A stretch of 64,000 nucleotides of DNA from an uncultured Acidobacteriota bacterium. Its GTDB lineage: Bacteria; Acidobacteriota; Terriglobia; UBA7540. A program made the translations under genes and the position numbers. Shown one piece after another: positions 10,559 to 19,219 of the stretch (its first letter is position 1; each line of letters begins with the position of its first letter). The stretch lies in contig CAWDSK010000002.1 in NCBI GenBank assembly GCA_963804995.1, forward strand, positions 96,001-160,000, in the 5' to 3' direction. The notes under the pieces were generated by a model that saw only the letters and a program-made list of their open reading frames with translations, had not been told where the DNA came from and did no database searches.

Positions 10559-11492
10559 ATGAAAAAGACTCAGCAATTCCTTGCCAAACTCAAACTGCCC
10601 GCGGAAGACAATCATGCTTTGAAGCCCAGTTCCAAACGCTTCAAGGATGGCGGGCAGTATCGCCTGGAAATCCCCAGCGTCGAAGGGCCGCGCGTATTCC
10701 ACGAAGTTCTGGAATCAGCCAAGGCTCACAAGGTGCCGATTCATCGCGTCAGCCAGGGCAGCGGGGTGATGCTGCTGACGCGCAACGAGATTCGCGAAAT
10801 GGCGCGAATGGGGCACGAGGAAGGCATTGAGGTGTGTCTCTTTGTGGGCCCGCGCGCCACGTTTGAGACGGGTGCGCAAACAGCCTCCTCCGCCGGCAAA
10901 GTCATCGGCCTCCAGCATCGCGGCGCGGACCAACTGGTCTACGCCATCGAGGACGTGCGGCACGCCTGCGATCTGGGCATCCGCAGCATTCTCCCTGCCG
11001 ACCTGGGACTCATCTGGGTGCTCGAACCAGATGAAGCAGAAAGGCGAATTGCCGAAGAACCTTGTCATCAAGAGCTCTGTCACGCTGCCCGCCGCCAATC
11101 CCGCCACCGCCAAGATCTTCGAGCAGTGCGGCGTCATGACTATGAATATTCCCACCGATCTAAGCCCGGCGCAGATGGGCGCCATCCGCCAGGCGGTGGA
11201 TATCTGTATCGATATCTACATCGAGGTGCCCGACAACTTCGGCGGGTTCATTCGCTACTACGAGATGCCCAAGATCATCCAGGTGGCCGCGCCGGTCTAC
11301 TTCAAATTCGGGCTGCGCAACGCCCCGGACATCTATCCCTGCGGACGCCACATCGAGGACCTGGCCGTCAACATGGCCCGCGAGCGCCTGCACCGGGCAC
11401 GCATCGCGCTGGACCTGCTCGAGGAATACGCCCCGGATTTGAAGATGTCGCCGCTGGGTTCAAAAGATTTGGGCATCCCCGAATTGGTTTGA
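10559..11492 (+). CDS. U32-peptidase-like TIM-barrel protein, split by one frameshift at ~11023
   Basis: First frame gives EIPSVEGP...HRVSQGSG...ADLGLIWVL. Second frame gives NQMKQKGELP...GGFIRYYE...PVYFKFGLRNAPDIYP. One extra base in CTCGAAC. Confidence 0.65.
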
Positions 11493-11616
11493 GTTTGATG
11501 TAGAGGCGGCGGAATTCATCCCGATCTGATCGGGACGGCGCCCGGGTGTAGAGGCGGCTTTACGCCGCCATATGGCGAGGTAAACTCGCCGCTACATCAT
11601 CAAAGTGAGGCACTAC
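11486..11616. repeat. REP-containing MITE-like palindromic element, copy 1
   Basis: GTAGAGGCGGCGGAATTCATCCCGATCT.ATCGGGACG...TGGCGAGGTAAACTCGCCGCTAC, near-identical to 38817-38885. Confidence 0.8.
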
Positions 11617-11658
11617 GGATTCCCAGCGTCGCACCTAAAAAGGTGCTAGGATAACCCC

Positions 11659-11955
11659 ATGGCTATGCTCAACATCACGCGGGATATCCAATCGCTCACG
11701 ACTTTTCGCCGCCGTTCCGGCGACTTTCTAAAGCAGCTCAAGAAGAGCAAGCGCCCGGTGGTACTCACGGTCAAAGGCCGGGCGGCGGCCGTCGTGCAGG
11801 ACGCCGAAGCCTATCAGCGTCTGCTTGACCTTGCCGCGCGCGCCGATGCCAAGGAAGGGATCCGGCAGGGCCTCGAGGACGCGAAGAAGGGAAGAATGCG
11901 GCCCGTGGGAGAGTTTTTTGACGAGTTTGAAGCCGCCCATGGCCTACGTCGTTAA
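11659..11955 (+). CDS. Phd/YefM-family antitoxin
   Basis: DIQSLTTFRR...PVVLTVKGRAAAVVQDAEAYQ. Overlaps the downstream toxin gene. Confidence 0.88.
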   Translation: MAMLNITRDIQSLTTFRRRSGDFLKQLKKSKRPVVLTVKGRAAAVVQDAEAYQRLLDLAARADAKEGIRQGLEDAKKGRMRPVGEFFDEFEAAHGLRR

Positions 11956-12241
11956 CATCACTGCCCGTGCAGAACGCGACCTAATCCAACTCTATGCGGA
12001 CCTCAATGCCGGGAATTCCGAAGCTGCCCTCGCTTGGTACCGCGGTCTCAAGGAAGCCATCCTAAGCCTTAAGGAACAACCCCACCGCTGTCCGGTAACA
12101 CCAGAGAATGTCAAGTTCAGGCACTTGCTGTACGGCCACAAACCTCACATCTATCGCGTGATCTATCAGGTTTTGAAGAGGCAGCAGAGGGTTGAAATTC
12201 TTCACATCCGCCATGGCGCAAGGCAGAGTTTGAATTCATAA
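11939..12241 (+). CDS. RelE/ParE-family toxin
   Basis: MAYVVNITARAERDL...YRVIY...VEILHIRHGAR, 100 aa from ATG 11939. Confidence 0.88.
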   Translation: MAYVVNITARAERDLIQLYADLNAGNSEAALAWYRGLKEAILSLKEQPHRCPVTPENVKFRHLLYGHKPHIYRVIYQVLKRQQRVEILHIRHGARQSLNS

Positions 12242-12278
12242 TTTGCAAATTGTTCCGACGCCCCGCGCCTGTAAGTAA

Positions 12279-12438
12279 CCCCTCATCCGGCCTCCTACGT
12301 CAGCCACCTTCTTCCGCCACGGCGGATCTGCGACCCCTGGGAGAAGGCTGGGATTCATGCTGCCTAGCCCTCTCCGAGGGGAGAGGGTGGACCGCAGCCG
12401 GCGTTCTCATCAGCCGGGGCGGGACGGGTGAGGGGTCA
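12279..12438. repeat. Palindromic extragenic repeat (CCCTCATCC...CCCTCTCC-GGGAGAGGG...GGGTGAGGGG type)
   Basis: Nested purine/pyrimidine hairpins between convergent genes. Confidence 0.6.
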
Positions 12439-12546
12439 CGTAGGCGTTTGAAAATTCCAGGAATTCAAAAACTATCAGGTCGGCGCTACGACATCGACCC
12501 TGACAAGTAAATGTGCCCCGATTTGCGACGTACTACACTAGTTTCC

Positions 12547-14259
12547 CTACCAGAAAATCCACTGCAGCAGGGCGAAAATGGCGAAGGAAATTGCCGCCCA
12601 AAAGATGGGGCGTTTGAGCAGCGGCAGGTGGCCTTCACTGGGGATTGCGGTGCAACCGTAAACCAGACCGGTCAACTCTTCCGCAGATTTCGGGCGCGTC
12701 ACGAGGCTCAAGGCCACGGTAACGATCAAAGCGACGAGGCCTGACCAGAGTTCCCGGTACATGTTTTCGGCCATGGGCTTGGCGTGAACCGAAAGGGCAA
12801 TCCAGGCGAGCTTGGAGGGATCCAGCTTGACCAGCAACCACATGCCCAGCGAGGAAAGCGTTCCCACCAGCAACCCCCAAAAGCCCCCGGCAGGCGTGGC
12901 GCGTTTCCACATCATCCCCAGAAAGACGGTAGAGAAAAACGGCGTGATAAAAAAGCTGAAGACGGCCTGCGCGTAATCCATGATGCTGGCGAACTGCATC
13001 ACCAGATACGCGGTACCGATGCTGATGATCACTCCCAGGATGGTGCACCAGCGCCCCATCAGCACGTAGTGGGCGTCGGACGCGGTCTTGCGGAGGAAAG
13101 GCCGGTAGAGATCGTACGTCCAAACCGTCGCGAAGGCGCTCACGTTGCCCGCCATGCCTGACATGAACCCGGCGATGAGCGCGGTAATCCCGAGCCCCAG
13201 CAAGCCCGGTCCACAATAGCGCGCCAGCATCAACGGCAGCACTTCGTTGTAAGTGTGTTGCCCGGGCCCGGCGGCGCTTTCCGGCAGGAGTTTGAAGGGC
13301 AAAAGGCCGAGCCCCAGCAGCCCGGGCAGGACCACGATGAGCGGCACGGCCATCTTGAAATAGGAAGCAATGACCGGCGCGAGCTTCGCGGCGCGGAGGT
13401 TTTTGGCGGCCAGCGCCCGCTGCACCACCAGGAAATCGGTGGTCCAATAGCCCAGCGACCCCATCAATAATCCAAAGGCGATGCCCGTCCAGTGGATGCC
13501 CATGGGGTTATCCGTAAAATGGGCCATGGGCCGCCACAAGTGGGTGTAGTCGCCTTCGGGAAAGTTGCGATGAATGCGCGCGACCAGGCCCGACCAGCCC
13601 CCCGCCTCCACCATGCCGAGAATCGGAATCATCAGCGCGCCCAGCCAAATCAGGAAGAACTGCAAAACCTCATTGAAGATTGCTGAAGTCAGCCCTCCCA
13701 AGGCGACGTAGATGGCTACCGTCAGCGACGAAATCCAAATGCTCAGGTGAATGTCCCAACCCAGCATTACTTTCATGACGACGGCCATGGCGTACATATT
13801 GATACCGGACATCAGGATGGTCAGGGCGACAAAAGACAACGCTCCAACCAGGCGGGTCGGTTCGCCGAAGCGGAGTTGCAGGTAGCCGGGCACCGAATGG
13901 GTCTTGCAGATGTAATAGAAGGGCATCATCACGACGCCCAGAAAAAGCATGGCGGGAATCGCCCCAAACCAATAATAATGCGCCGCCAGAATTCCGTACT
14001 GGTACGCCGACGCCGCCCATCCCATTAACTCGAGCGCCCCCAGATTGGCGCAAATGAAGCTGAGCCCCGCCACCCAGGCGGTCATATCGCGCCCCGCCAT
14101 GAAGAAATCTTCACCGCTCCTGGTGTAGCGCTTCAAGTAGAAGCCGATGGCGAGCACCACCACGAAATAAATGGCAATGATGAGGAAATCCACGGGGTGC
14201 GTGGAGAGGATCGCCGGCGAGCCGGCCAGAAGCAGGGCAATGGGGAAGCAAGTGGTCAT
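12547..14259 (-). CDS. Sodium:solute symporter family sugar transporter (paralogue 2)
   Basis: DFFMAGR, YWTTDFLVVQR and GFMSGMAGN motifs; many TM helices. Confidence 0.92.
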   Translation of the reverse strand: MTTCFPIALLLAGSPAILSTHPVDFLIIAIYFVVVLAIGFYLKRYTRSGEDFFMAGRDMTAWVAGLSFICANLGALELMGWAASAYQYGILAAHYYWFGAIPAMLFLGVVMMPFYYICKTHSVPGYLQLRFGEPTRLVGALSFVALTILMSGINMYAMAVVMKVMLGWDIHLSIWISSLTVAIYVALGGLTSAIFNEVLQFFLIWLGALMIPILGMVEAGGWSGLVARIHRNFPEGDYTHLWRPMAHFTDNPMGIHWTGIAFGLLMGSLGYWTTDFLVVQRALAAKNLRAAKLAPVIASYFKMAVPLIVVLPGLLGLGLLPFKLLPESAAGPGQHTYNEVLPLMLARYCGPGLLGLGITALIAGFMSGMAGNVSAFATVWTYDLYRPFLRKTASDAHYVLMGRWCTILGVIISIGTAYLVMQFASIMDYAQAVFSFFITPFFSTVFLGMMWKRATPAGGFWGLLVGTLSSLGMWLLVKLDPSKLAWIALSVHAKPMAENMYRELWSGLVALIVTVALSLVTRPKSAEELTGLVYGCTAIPSEGHLPLLKRPIFWAAISFAIFALLQWIFW

Positions 14260-14352
14260 GCGGCGTTTTCCGCGGCAGATCGAAAGGTGAAGCTAAATGT
14301 TTCGAACCAGCCGTTGTTACCCTGTGCAACCACCCCCACCCTCGGCCAGCCC

Positions 14353-14565
14353 TTAAGACTTCTTCGGCAGGTAAAGGTAAACATAAATGCCGCCGATGAC
14401 GGTAAGCAGCGCTCCCCACCACACGGCCGGATGCGTGCTGGCGAGCACCGTGGGAGGGGGGCTGGAGAACTCGTAGATGCCGGTACCGAAAATGATTAAC
14501 CCGTAAATCAGCAGAATGACGCCCACGAAAAACCAGACGGGAATCATGTGGTGATCTTCAGCCAT
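14353..14565 (-). CDS. Small two-TM membrane protein, probably a symporter accessory subunit
   Basis: 70 aa with two hydrophobic helices, GAGG ribosome-binding site, lies between the two symporter genes. Confidence 0.7.
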   Translation of the reverse strand: MAEDHHMIPVWFFVGVILLIYGLIIFGTGIYEFSSPPPTVLASTHPAVWWGALLTVIGGIYVYLYLPKKS

Positions 14566-14620
14566 AAACTTAGACCTCGCGGTTCAAGCAACCAGCTCAA
14601 AGTGGCCAATAATCGTAGCG

Positions 14621-16533
14621 GTTGCGGTAGGGATACCGGTTACCCGGTACCCCCCGCACGGATCCGTACGTGCGCTGGTTAGCGCATACGGCTCTTATCT
14701 CGGATGTGTGGCGGCGAACCGTTGGGATGGCCAAGGATGCACAACGTGCGGAGCAGGCAACCAGCAGGCCGCAAGCTTCCCCAGTCGGTCCCAGTTGAGG
14801 CGGTGGCGTTGACTGCGTTGACGCAGTTGTGTTCGCCACAGTCGGGTCAACCGTTCCCGAAAGATTCGCAGGCGGTTGAGGTTTCCCGGTACCGCGTGAT
14901 AGTTGAAGTAGCCTTGCACGACCGACCGGAGCCATTTACCCGTATCCGCGATGGGATCGTGCCGACGCTGCCGGAGTTGTTGCTTGAGTTCCTGCAACTT
15001 CCCCCGCAGGCGCTTGCTGATCGTCTTCCGCTTCACGGTAAATTGCCCCCTCCGGTTCTTCCCGCTGATATGCGTGAAGCCCAGAAAGTCGAACGTCTCC
15101 GGCTTACCTTCTCCTCTCCGTTTCCGGTAAAGTTCGGCAAACGGCCCGAACTCGATCCGGCGCGTTTTGTCAGGATGCAGTTCCAATCCAAACTTCCCCA
15201 CCCGCTCCCGGAAATCCTCCAGAAAGCGGTCGGCTTCCGTCTGCGATTGGAATCCAAGGACCGTATCGTCGGCATACCGCACCACGACCACGTCTCCCCG
15301 GGCGTGCTTCTTGCGCCACGCCTGCACCCACAGGTCAAAGACGTAGTGCAGATAGATATTCGCCAGCAGGGGCGAGACCACCGCCCCTTGTGGCGTACCC
15401 ATCTCCGTCTCCGACCATTCGCCTTCCTCCCTCACCCCGGCTTTCAGCCATTTCTGGATGAGCCGGAGAATCCGGGGGTCGGCGACGCGATGCTGCACGA
15501 ACTTGAGCATCCATTCGTGGGATATCGAATCGAAAAATCCACGAATGTCCGCGTCAAGAACGTAGTTCACGTGCTTCACCGTGAGCGCGTACGAGAGCGC
15601 GTCCAGCGCTTGATGCTGGCTGCATCCCGGTCGAAAGCCATACGAGAAGCCCAGAAAGTCTTCCTCGTAAATCGCATTGAGGATGGTGACCACGGCCTGT
15701 TGGACGATCTTGTCCTCCAGTGCCGCAACCCCCAACGGACGTTGCCGCCCGTCGCCTTTCGGGATATACGCCCTTCGCGAGGGCTTCGCTCGGAATGCTC
15801 CGCGGTGGACCCGGCTGTGCAGATCGACGAGTCGACCTTCCAGCCCGCTTTCATACTCCTGCCACGTCATGCCGTCTACTCCCGGTGCAGCTTTTCGCTT
15901 CAAGGCGTAAAAGCTTTCCCGCAGCAGATCGACCGTTAAGTGGTGGAGCAAGGCCGTGAACTTCATCTCCCTGTGTTCCTTCGCGGCTTTCCGCACACCC
16001 GCGAGTCCCTGGGACACGCGTGCCCCGCTCTGTGTCGGGTGCGTGTTAGGCCAACGGGTGTTCTCCTTGATCAGCGGCCTTCCCTCCTCATTCTCCGCCA
16101 ACGGCTTCCCGTCTTTGTTCAAATGATTCATCGGTACTGTTCCGCTGTCCGACTCCTCGAAAGCGTGCAGGCGGGCTGTACGGCCATCGCCTTTTCCCGC
16201 CGTCCGGCCACGATCTACGGCGGCCGGCGCCTCCGAGGTCTCCCGGTTCTCGTGCAGAAAGTGTCTAGGCGTGTCTGGGGTCTACGACTACGCAGGACTG
16301 TGCCGGAACTCGCGTTGGCGTCCCGGCCTCATGTTGCCTTCCGTTTAGTCTGAAAACGTCGGCGTCCTGATTGGACATTTTCGAAGCTCAATACCCAGCC
16401 CACCTATTCCCCTGTTTACGCTTCACCGTGCGCCTCACGACGCCCAGCGCAAAACTCGGGGCCGAGTGGATCGCTGCTCCTTCCTCGTGAGAAATTTTCA
16501 TTCTCTGCTTTCTGCCGGTTTATCCCGGCGCAC
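14621..16533 (-). mobile_element. Group II intron (1913 nt), complete
   Basis: 5' end GTGCG at 16533. Domain V GAGCCGTATGCGC...GCGCACGTACGGATC with AGC triad. Domain VI ends CCTACCGCAAC at 14621. Internal RT ORF. Confidence 0.93.
14695..16131 (-). CDS. ltrA: Group II intron reverse transcriptase/maturase, no endonuclease domain
   Basis: APGVDG, RPLG, SYGFRP, GTPQG, RYADD and FDFLGF motifs plus X domain. Stop directly precedes domain V. Confidence 0.95.
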   Translation of the reverse strand: MNHLNKDGKPLAENEEGRPLIKENTRWPNTHPTQSGARVSQGLAGVRKAAKEHREMKFTALLHHLTVDLLRESFYALKRKAAPGVDGMTWQEYESGLEGRLVDLHSRVHRGAFRAKPSRRAYIPKGDGRQRPLGVAALEDKIVQQAVVTILNAIYEEDFLGFSYGFRPGCSQHQALDALSYALTVKHVNYVLDADIRGFFDSISHEWMLKFVQHRVADPRILRLIQKWLKAGVREEGEWSETEMGTPQGAVVSPLLANIYLHYVFDLWVQAWRKKHARGDVVVVRYADDTVLGFQSQTEADRFLEDFRERVGKFGLELHPDKTRRIEFGPFAELYRKRRGEGKPETFDFLGFTHISGKNRRGQFTVKRKTISKRLRGKLQELKQQLRQRRHDPIADTGKWLRSVVQGYFNYHAVPGNLNRLRIFRERLTRLWRTQLRQRSQRHRLNWDRLGKLAACWLPAPHVVHPWPSQRFAATHPR

Positions 16534-16666
16534 CAGACCTCCGCTTTTGAGGTCTGCGGTTCTTCCTTAGTTTCACACTACCAAATCCACCGGCAGCCCC
16601 CCGTCGTTGAGAGCTGGGTCTTTCGTACGAAGAGCCGCGGACCTCAAAAGCGGAGGTCCGCGCTAC
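16534..16666. repeat. Inverted pair of GTAG-type REPs (REPIN/BIME-like); the left REP is split by the intron (its GTAGCG end is at 14615-14620)
   Basis: GTAGCG|CAGACCTCCGCTTTTGAGGTCTGCG ... CGCGGACCTCAAAAGCGGAGGTCCGCGCTAC. Confidence 0.85.
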
Positions 16667-16671
16667 GCTCG

Positions 16672-18402
16672 CTACCAAAAGATCCACTGCAAGATCACGA
16701 ACAGCCCGGCGGAAATCGCGGCCCAGAAGATCGGCCGTTTCCACAGGGGCAAATGTCCCTCGCCAGGCAGTTCCGTGCAACCGTAGACCAAGTTCGTCAA
16801 CTCTTCCACGGGCTTGGGCTTCGTAAGGTAGCTGACCACCACCGTGACGATGACGCAAATCAGCCACGACCACAAGGCGCGATACATATTCTCCGCCATG
16901 TCCTTGGCATCTGGCGAAAGGGCTATGACGGCAAGCATGCGGTGATTGAATTTCACCATCAGGAACATGGCAATGGAGGAAACGCTGCCGGCAAGCAGTC
17001 CCCAGAATCCACCCGCGCTGGTGGTGCGCTTCCACAACATGCCGAGCAGCACGGTGCCAAACAGCGGCGCAATGAAAAAGCTGAAGAGCGCCTGGACGTA
17101 ATCCATGATGCTGCCGAACTGCATGACGAGGTAGGCGGTGCCGATGGAGACGACGACGCCCAAAATCGTGCACCAGCGCCCCATGCTGACGTAATGGCCG
17201 TCCGAAGCCTGCTTGCGGATGAAGGGACGGTAAAGGTCGTAAGTCCAGACCGTGGCAAAGGCGCTGACATTGCCCGCCATGCCCGACATGAATCCGGCGA
17301 TGAGCGCAGTGATGCCCAACCCCAGCAGGCCAGGGCCGCAATAACGCGCCAGCATCAGCGGCAGGACCTCGTTGTAGCTATGCTGCCCGGCGGTGACCGC
17401 GCTCTCCGGAAAGAGCTTGAAGGGCAACAGGCCAAGACCAAGCAAGCCCGGCAGGATAACGATGAAGGGCACAGCCATCTTGAAGTACGAACCAATGATG
17501 GGCGCCATCTTGGCGGCGCGAATATCCTTGGCGGCAAAGATGCGTTGCACGACGAGAAAATCGGTATTCCAGTAGCCGAAGGAAATCACCCAGCCGAGGC
17601 CTAACACGATGCCGGTCCAGTGGATGCCCATGGGATTGTCGGCAAAGTGGCCCATGTTCCGCCACAGGTGAGTGTAATCTCCTTGCGGAAGATTCTGGTG
17701 GATGCGCGCGACGAGGCCGGACCAGCCGCCCGTCTCGACCAAGCCCAGAATGGGAATCAGCAGCGCGCCCAGCCAGATGAGGAAGAACTGCAGGACCTCA
17801 TTGAAGATCGCGGAGAAGAGGCCGCCCAGGGCGACGTAAATCCCCACCGTGAGAGAAGATACCCAGATGCTGAAATGAATGTTCCAGCCCAGCACAACCT
17901 TCATCACCAAGGCCATTGCATACATATTAATGCCGGACATCAAAACAGTCATGAAGGCGAAGGAAATGGCGCTGAGCGCGCGCGTGGATTCACCATAGCG
18001 GAGCTGGAGATAACCCGGAACGGAATGGGTTTTGGAGATGTAGTAGAACGGCATCATGACCAGGCCCAGGAACAGAATGGCTGGGATCGCGCCCACCCAA
18101 TACCAATGGGTCGCCAGAATGCCGTACTGGTAGGAGGCGGCCGCCCAGCCCATCAGCTCCAGGGCGCCGAGGTTCGCGGAGATGAAACTCAGGCCCGCCA
18201 CCCAGGCGGTCATTTCGCGGCCCGCCAGGAAAAAGTCCTCACCACTTTTGGTGTAGCGCTTCAGGTAGAAGCCAATCCCCAACACCATCAGGAAGTAGAT
18301 GGCGACGATGGCCATGTCCACCGGATTCAGGAGAATAAGTCGCGGGCCGGCCGGGGCGGCGAACCAGAACAGGGCCAAGGGAATCGAAATAGGCAAGTTC
18401 AT
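16672..18402 (-). CDS. Sodium:solute symporter family sugar transporter (paralogue 1)
   Basis: Same motifs as 12547-14259 and high visible similarity to it. Confidence 0.92.
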   Translation of the reverse strand: MNLPISIPLALFWFAAPAGPRLILLNPVDMAIVAIYFLMVLGIGFYLKRYTKSGEDFFLAGREMTAWVAGLSFISANLGALELMGWAAASYQYGILATHWYWVGAIPAILFLGLVMMPFYYISKTHSVPGYLQLRYGESTRALSAISFAFMTVLMSGINMYAMALVMKVVLGWNIHFSIWVSSLTVGIYVALGGLFSAIFNEVLQFFLIWLGALLIPILGLVETGGWSGLVARIHQNLPQGDYTHLWRNMGHFADNPMGIHWTGIVLGLGWVISFGYWNTDFLVVQRIFAAKDIRAAKMAPIIGSYFKMAVPFIVILPGLLGLGLLPFKLFPESAVTAGQHSYNEVLPLMLARYCGPGLLGLGITALIAGFMSGMAGNVSAFATVWTYDLYRPFIRKQASDGHYVSMGRWCTILGVVVSIGTAYLVMQFGSIMDYVQALFSFFIAPLFGTVLLGMLWKRTTSAGGFWGLLAGSVSSIAMFLMVKFNHRMLAVIALSPDAKDMAENMYRALWSWLICVIVTVVVSYLTKPKPVEELTNLVYGCTELPGEGHLPLWKRPIFWAAISAGLFVILQWIFW

Positions 18403-18532
18403 GATGGGGCCTTAAGAGCGCAGGGCTGCCTTCCTGTGACCTGTCCGGCAACCAGACTCCAGCGCCGCGGCTGGTGCAATCGCTAAACGCTTCGCGTGCG
18501 GGGCGGCGAATTTCTTACCCGCAACCTCCGCA

Positions 18533-19195
18533 CTAACGCTTCTTCCCTGGCTGGCCGTAAGTCGTGTGGTAGCGATTCCACCACTTCTCCACTTCCTGGG
18601 GCGGCAAGGCCGTGGGTTTGCCGAGCAGCAGGGCCAGGTGAACGGTCTTGGCTATGTCTTCGAGCATCACGGCGGCCTTGAGCGCGGCGCGGGGCGTCGG
18701 TCCCCAGGTGAAAGCGCCGTGCTGGCCCAGGAGAATCGCGGGCGCGCGTTTCCTGTACTGCACGATCGCCTGGCCGATATGGTCGGCTTGGTTATCGACG
18801 TACGGCGCGCAAGGAATCTCCTCGCCAAACTCGTCGGCGATTGCTGTCAGATACGCAGGGATCGACTTGCCCAGCAGCGCCAGGCTGGTGGCGTAATTCG
18901 AATGTGTGTGGATGACTCCGCCCACCTCCGGGCAGTGCTGGTAGATGTAAAGGTGATCGGGCAGGTCCACGGAGGGATTCCACTTGCCGCGGATTTTGCG
19001 GCCCGCGAGGTCCGTCACCACCATGTCGGCCGGGCGCATGCGGTCGTAATCCATGCCACTTGGTTTGATCAGCACGAGGCCGCGTTTCCGGTCGATGCCG
19101 CTGGCGTTGCCGCTATGCATGGTGACCAGGCCCCCGCGCCAAATGCCGAGGTTGGCGTGCCAGACTTCGCGCCGGAGTTGTACGAGGGTCAGCAT
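18533..19195 (-). CDS. araD: L-ribulose-5-phosphate 4-epimerase (class II aldolase family)
   Basis: SGNAS, IKPSG, HTHS and HG motifs; follows the ribulokinase gene. Confidence 0.85.
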   Translation of the reverse strand: MLTLVQLRREVWHANLGIWRGGLVTMHSGNASGIDRKRGLVLIKPSGMDYDRMRPADMVVTDLAGRKIRGKWNPSVDLPDHLYIYQHCPEVGGVIHTHSNYATSLALLGKSIPAYLTAIADEFGEEIPCAPYVDNQADHIGQAIVQYRKRAPAILLGQHGAFTWGPTPRAALKAAVMLEDIAKTVHLALLLGKPTALPPQEVEKWWNRYHTTYGQPGKKR

Positions 19196-19219
19196 GGAAG
19201 AAAGCTCTCAGCGATCAGC

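Noticed and set aside
14704..16353. Plus-strand ORFs of 411 aa and 137 aa
   Set aside because: Antisense shadows of the intron RT gene and intron RNA.
14621..16533. Retron, diversity-generating retroelement or defence RT
   Set aside because: The RT is enclosed by canonical intron boundaries and domains V-VI; no template/variable repeat pair or msr-msd structure seen.
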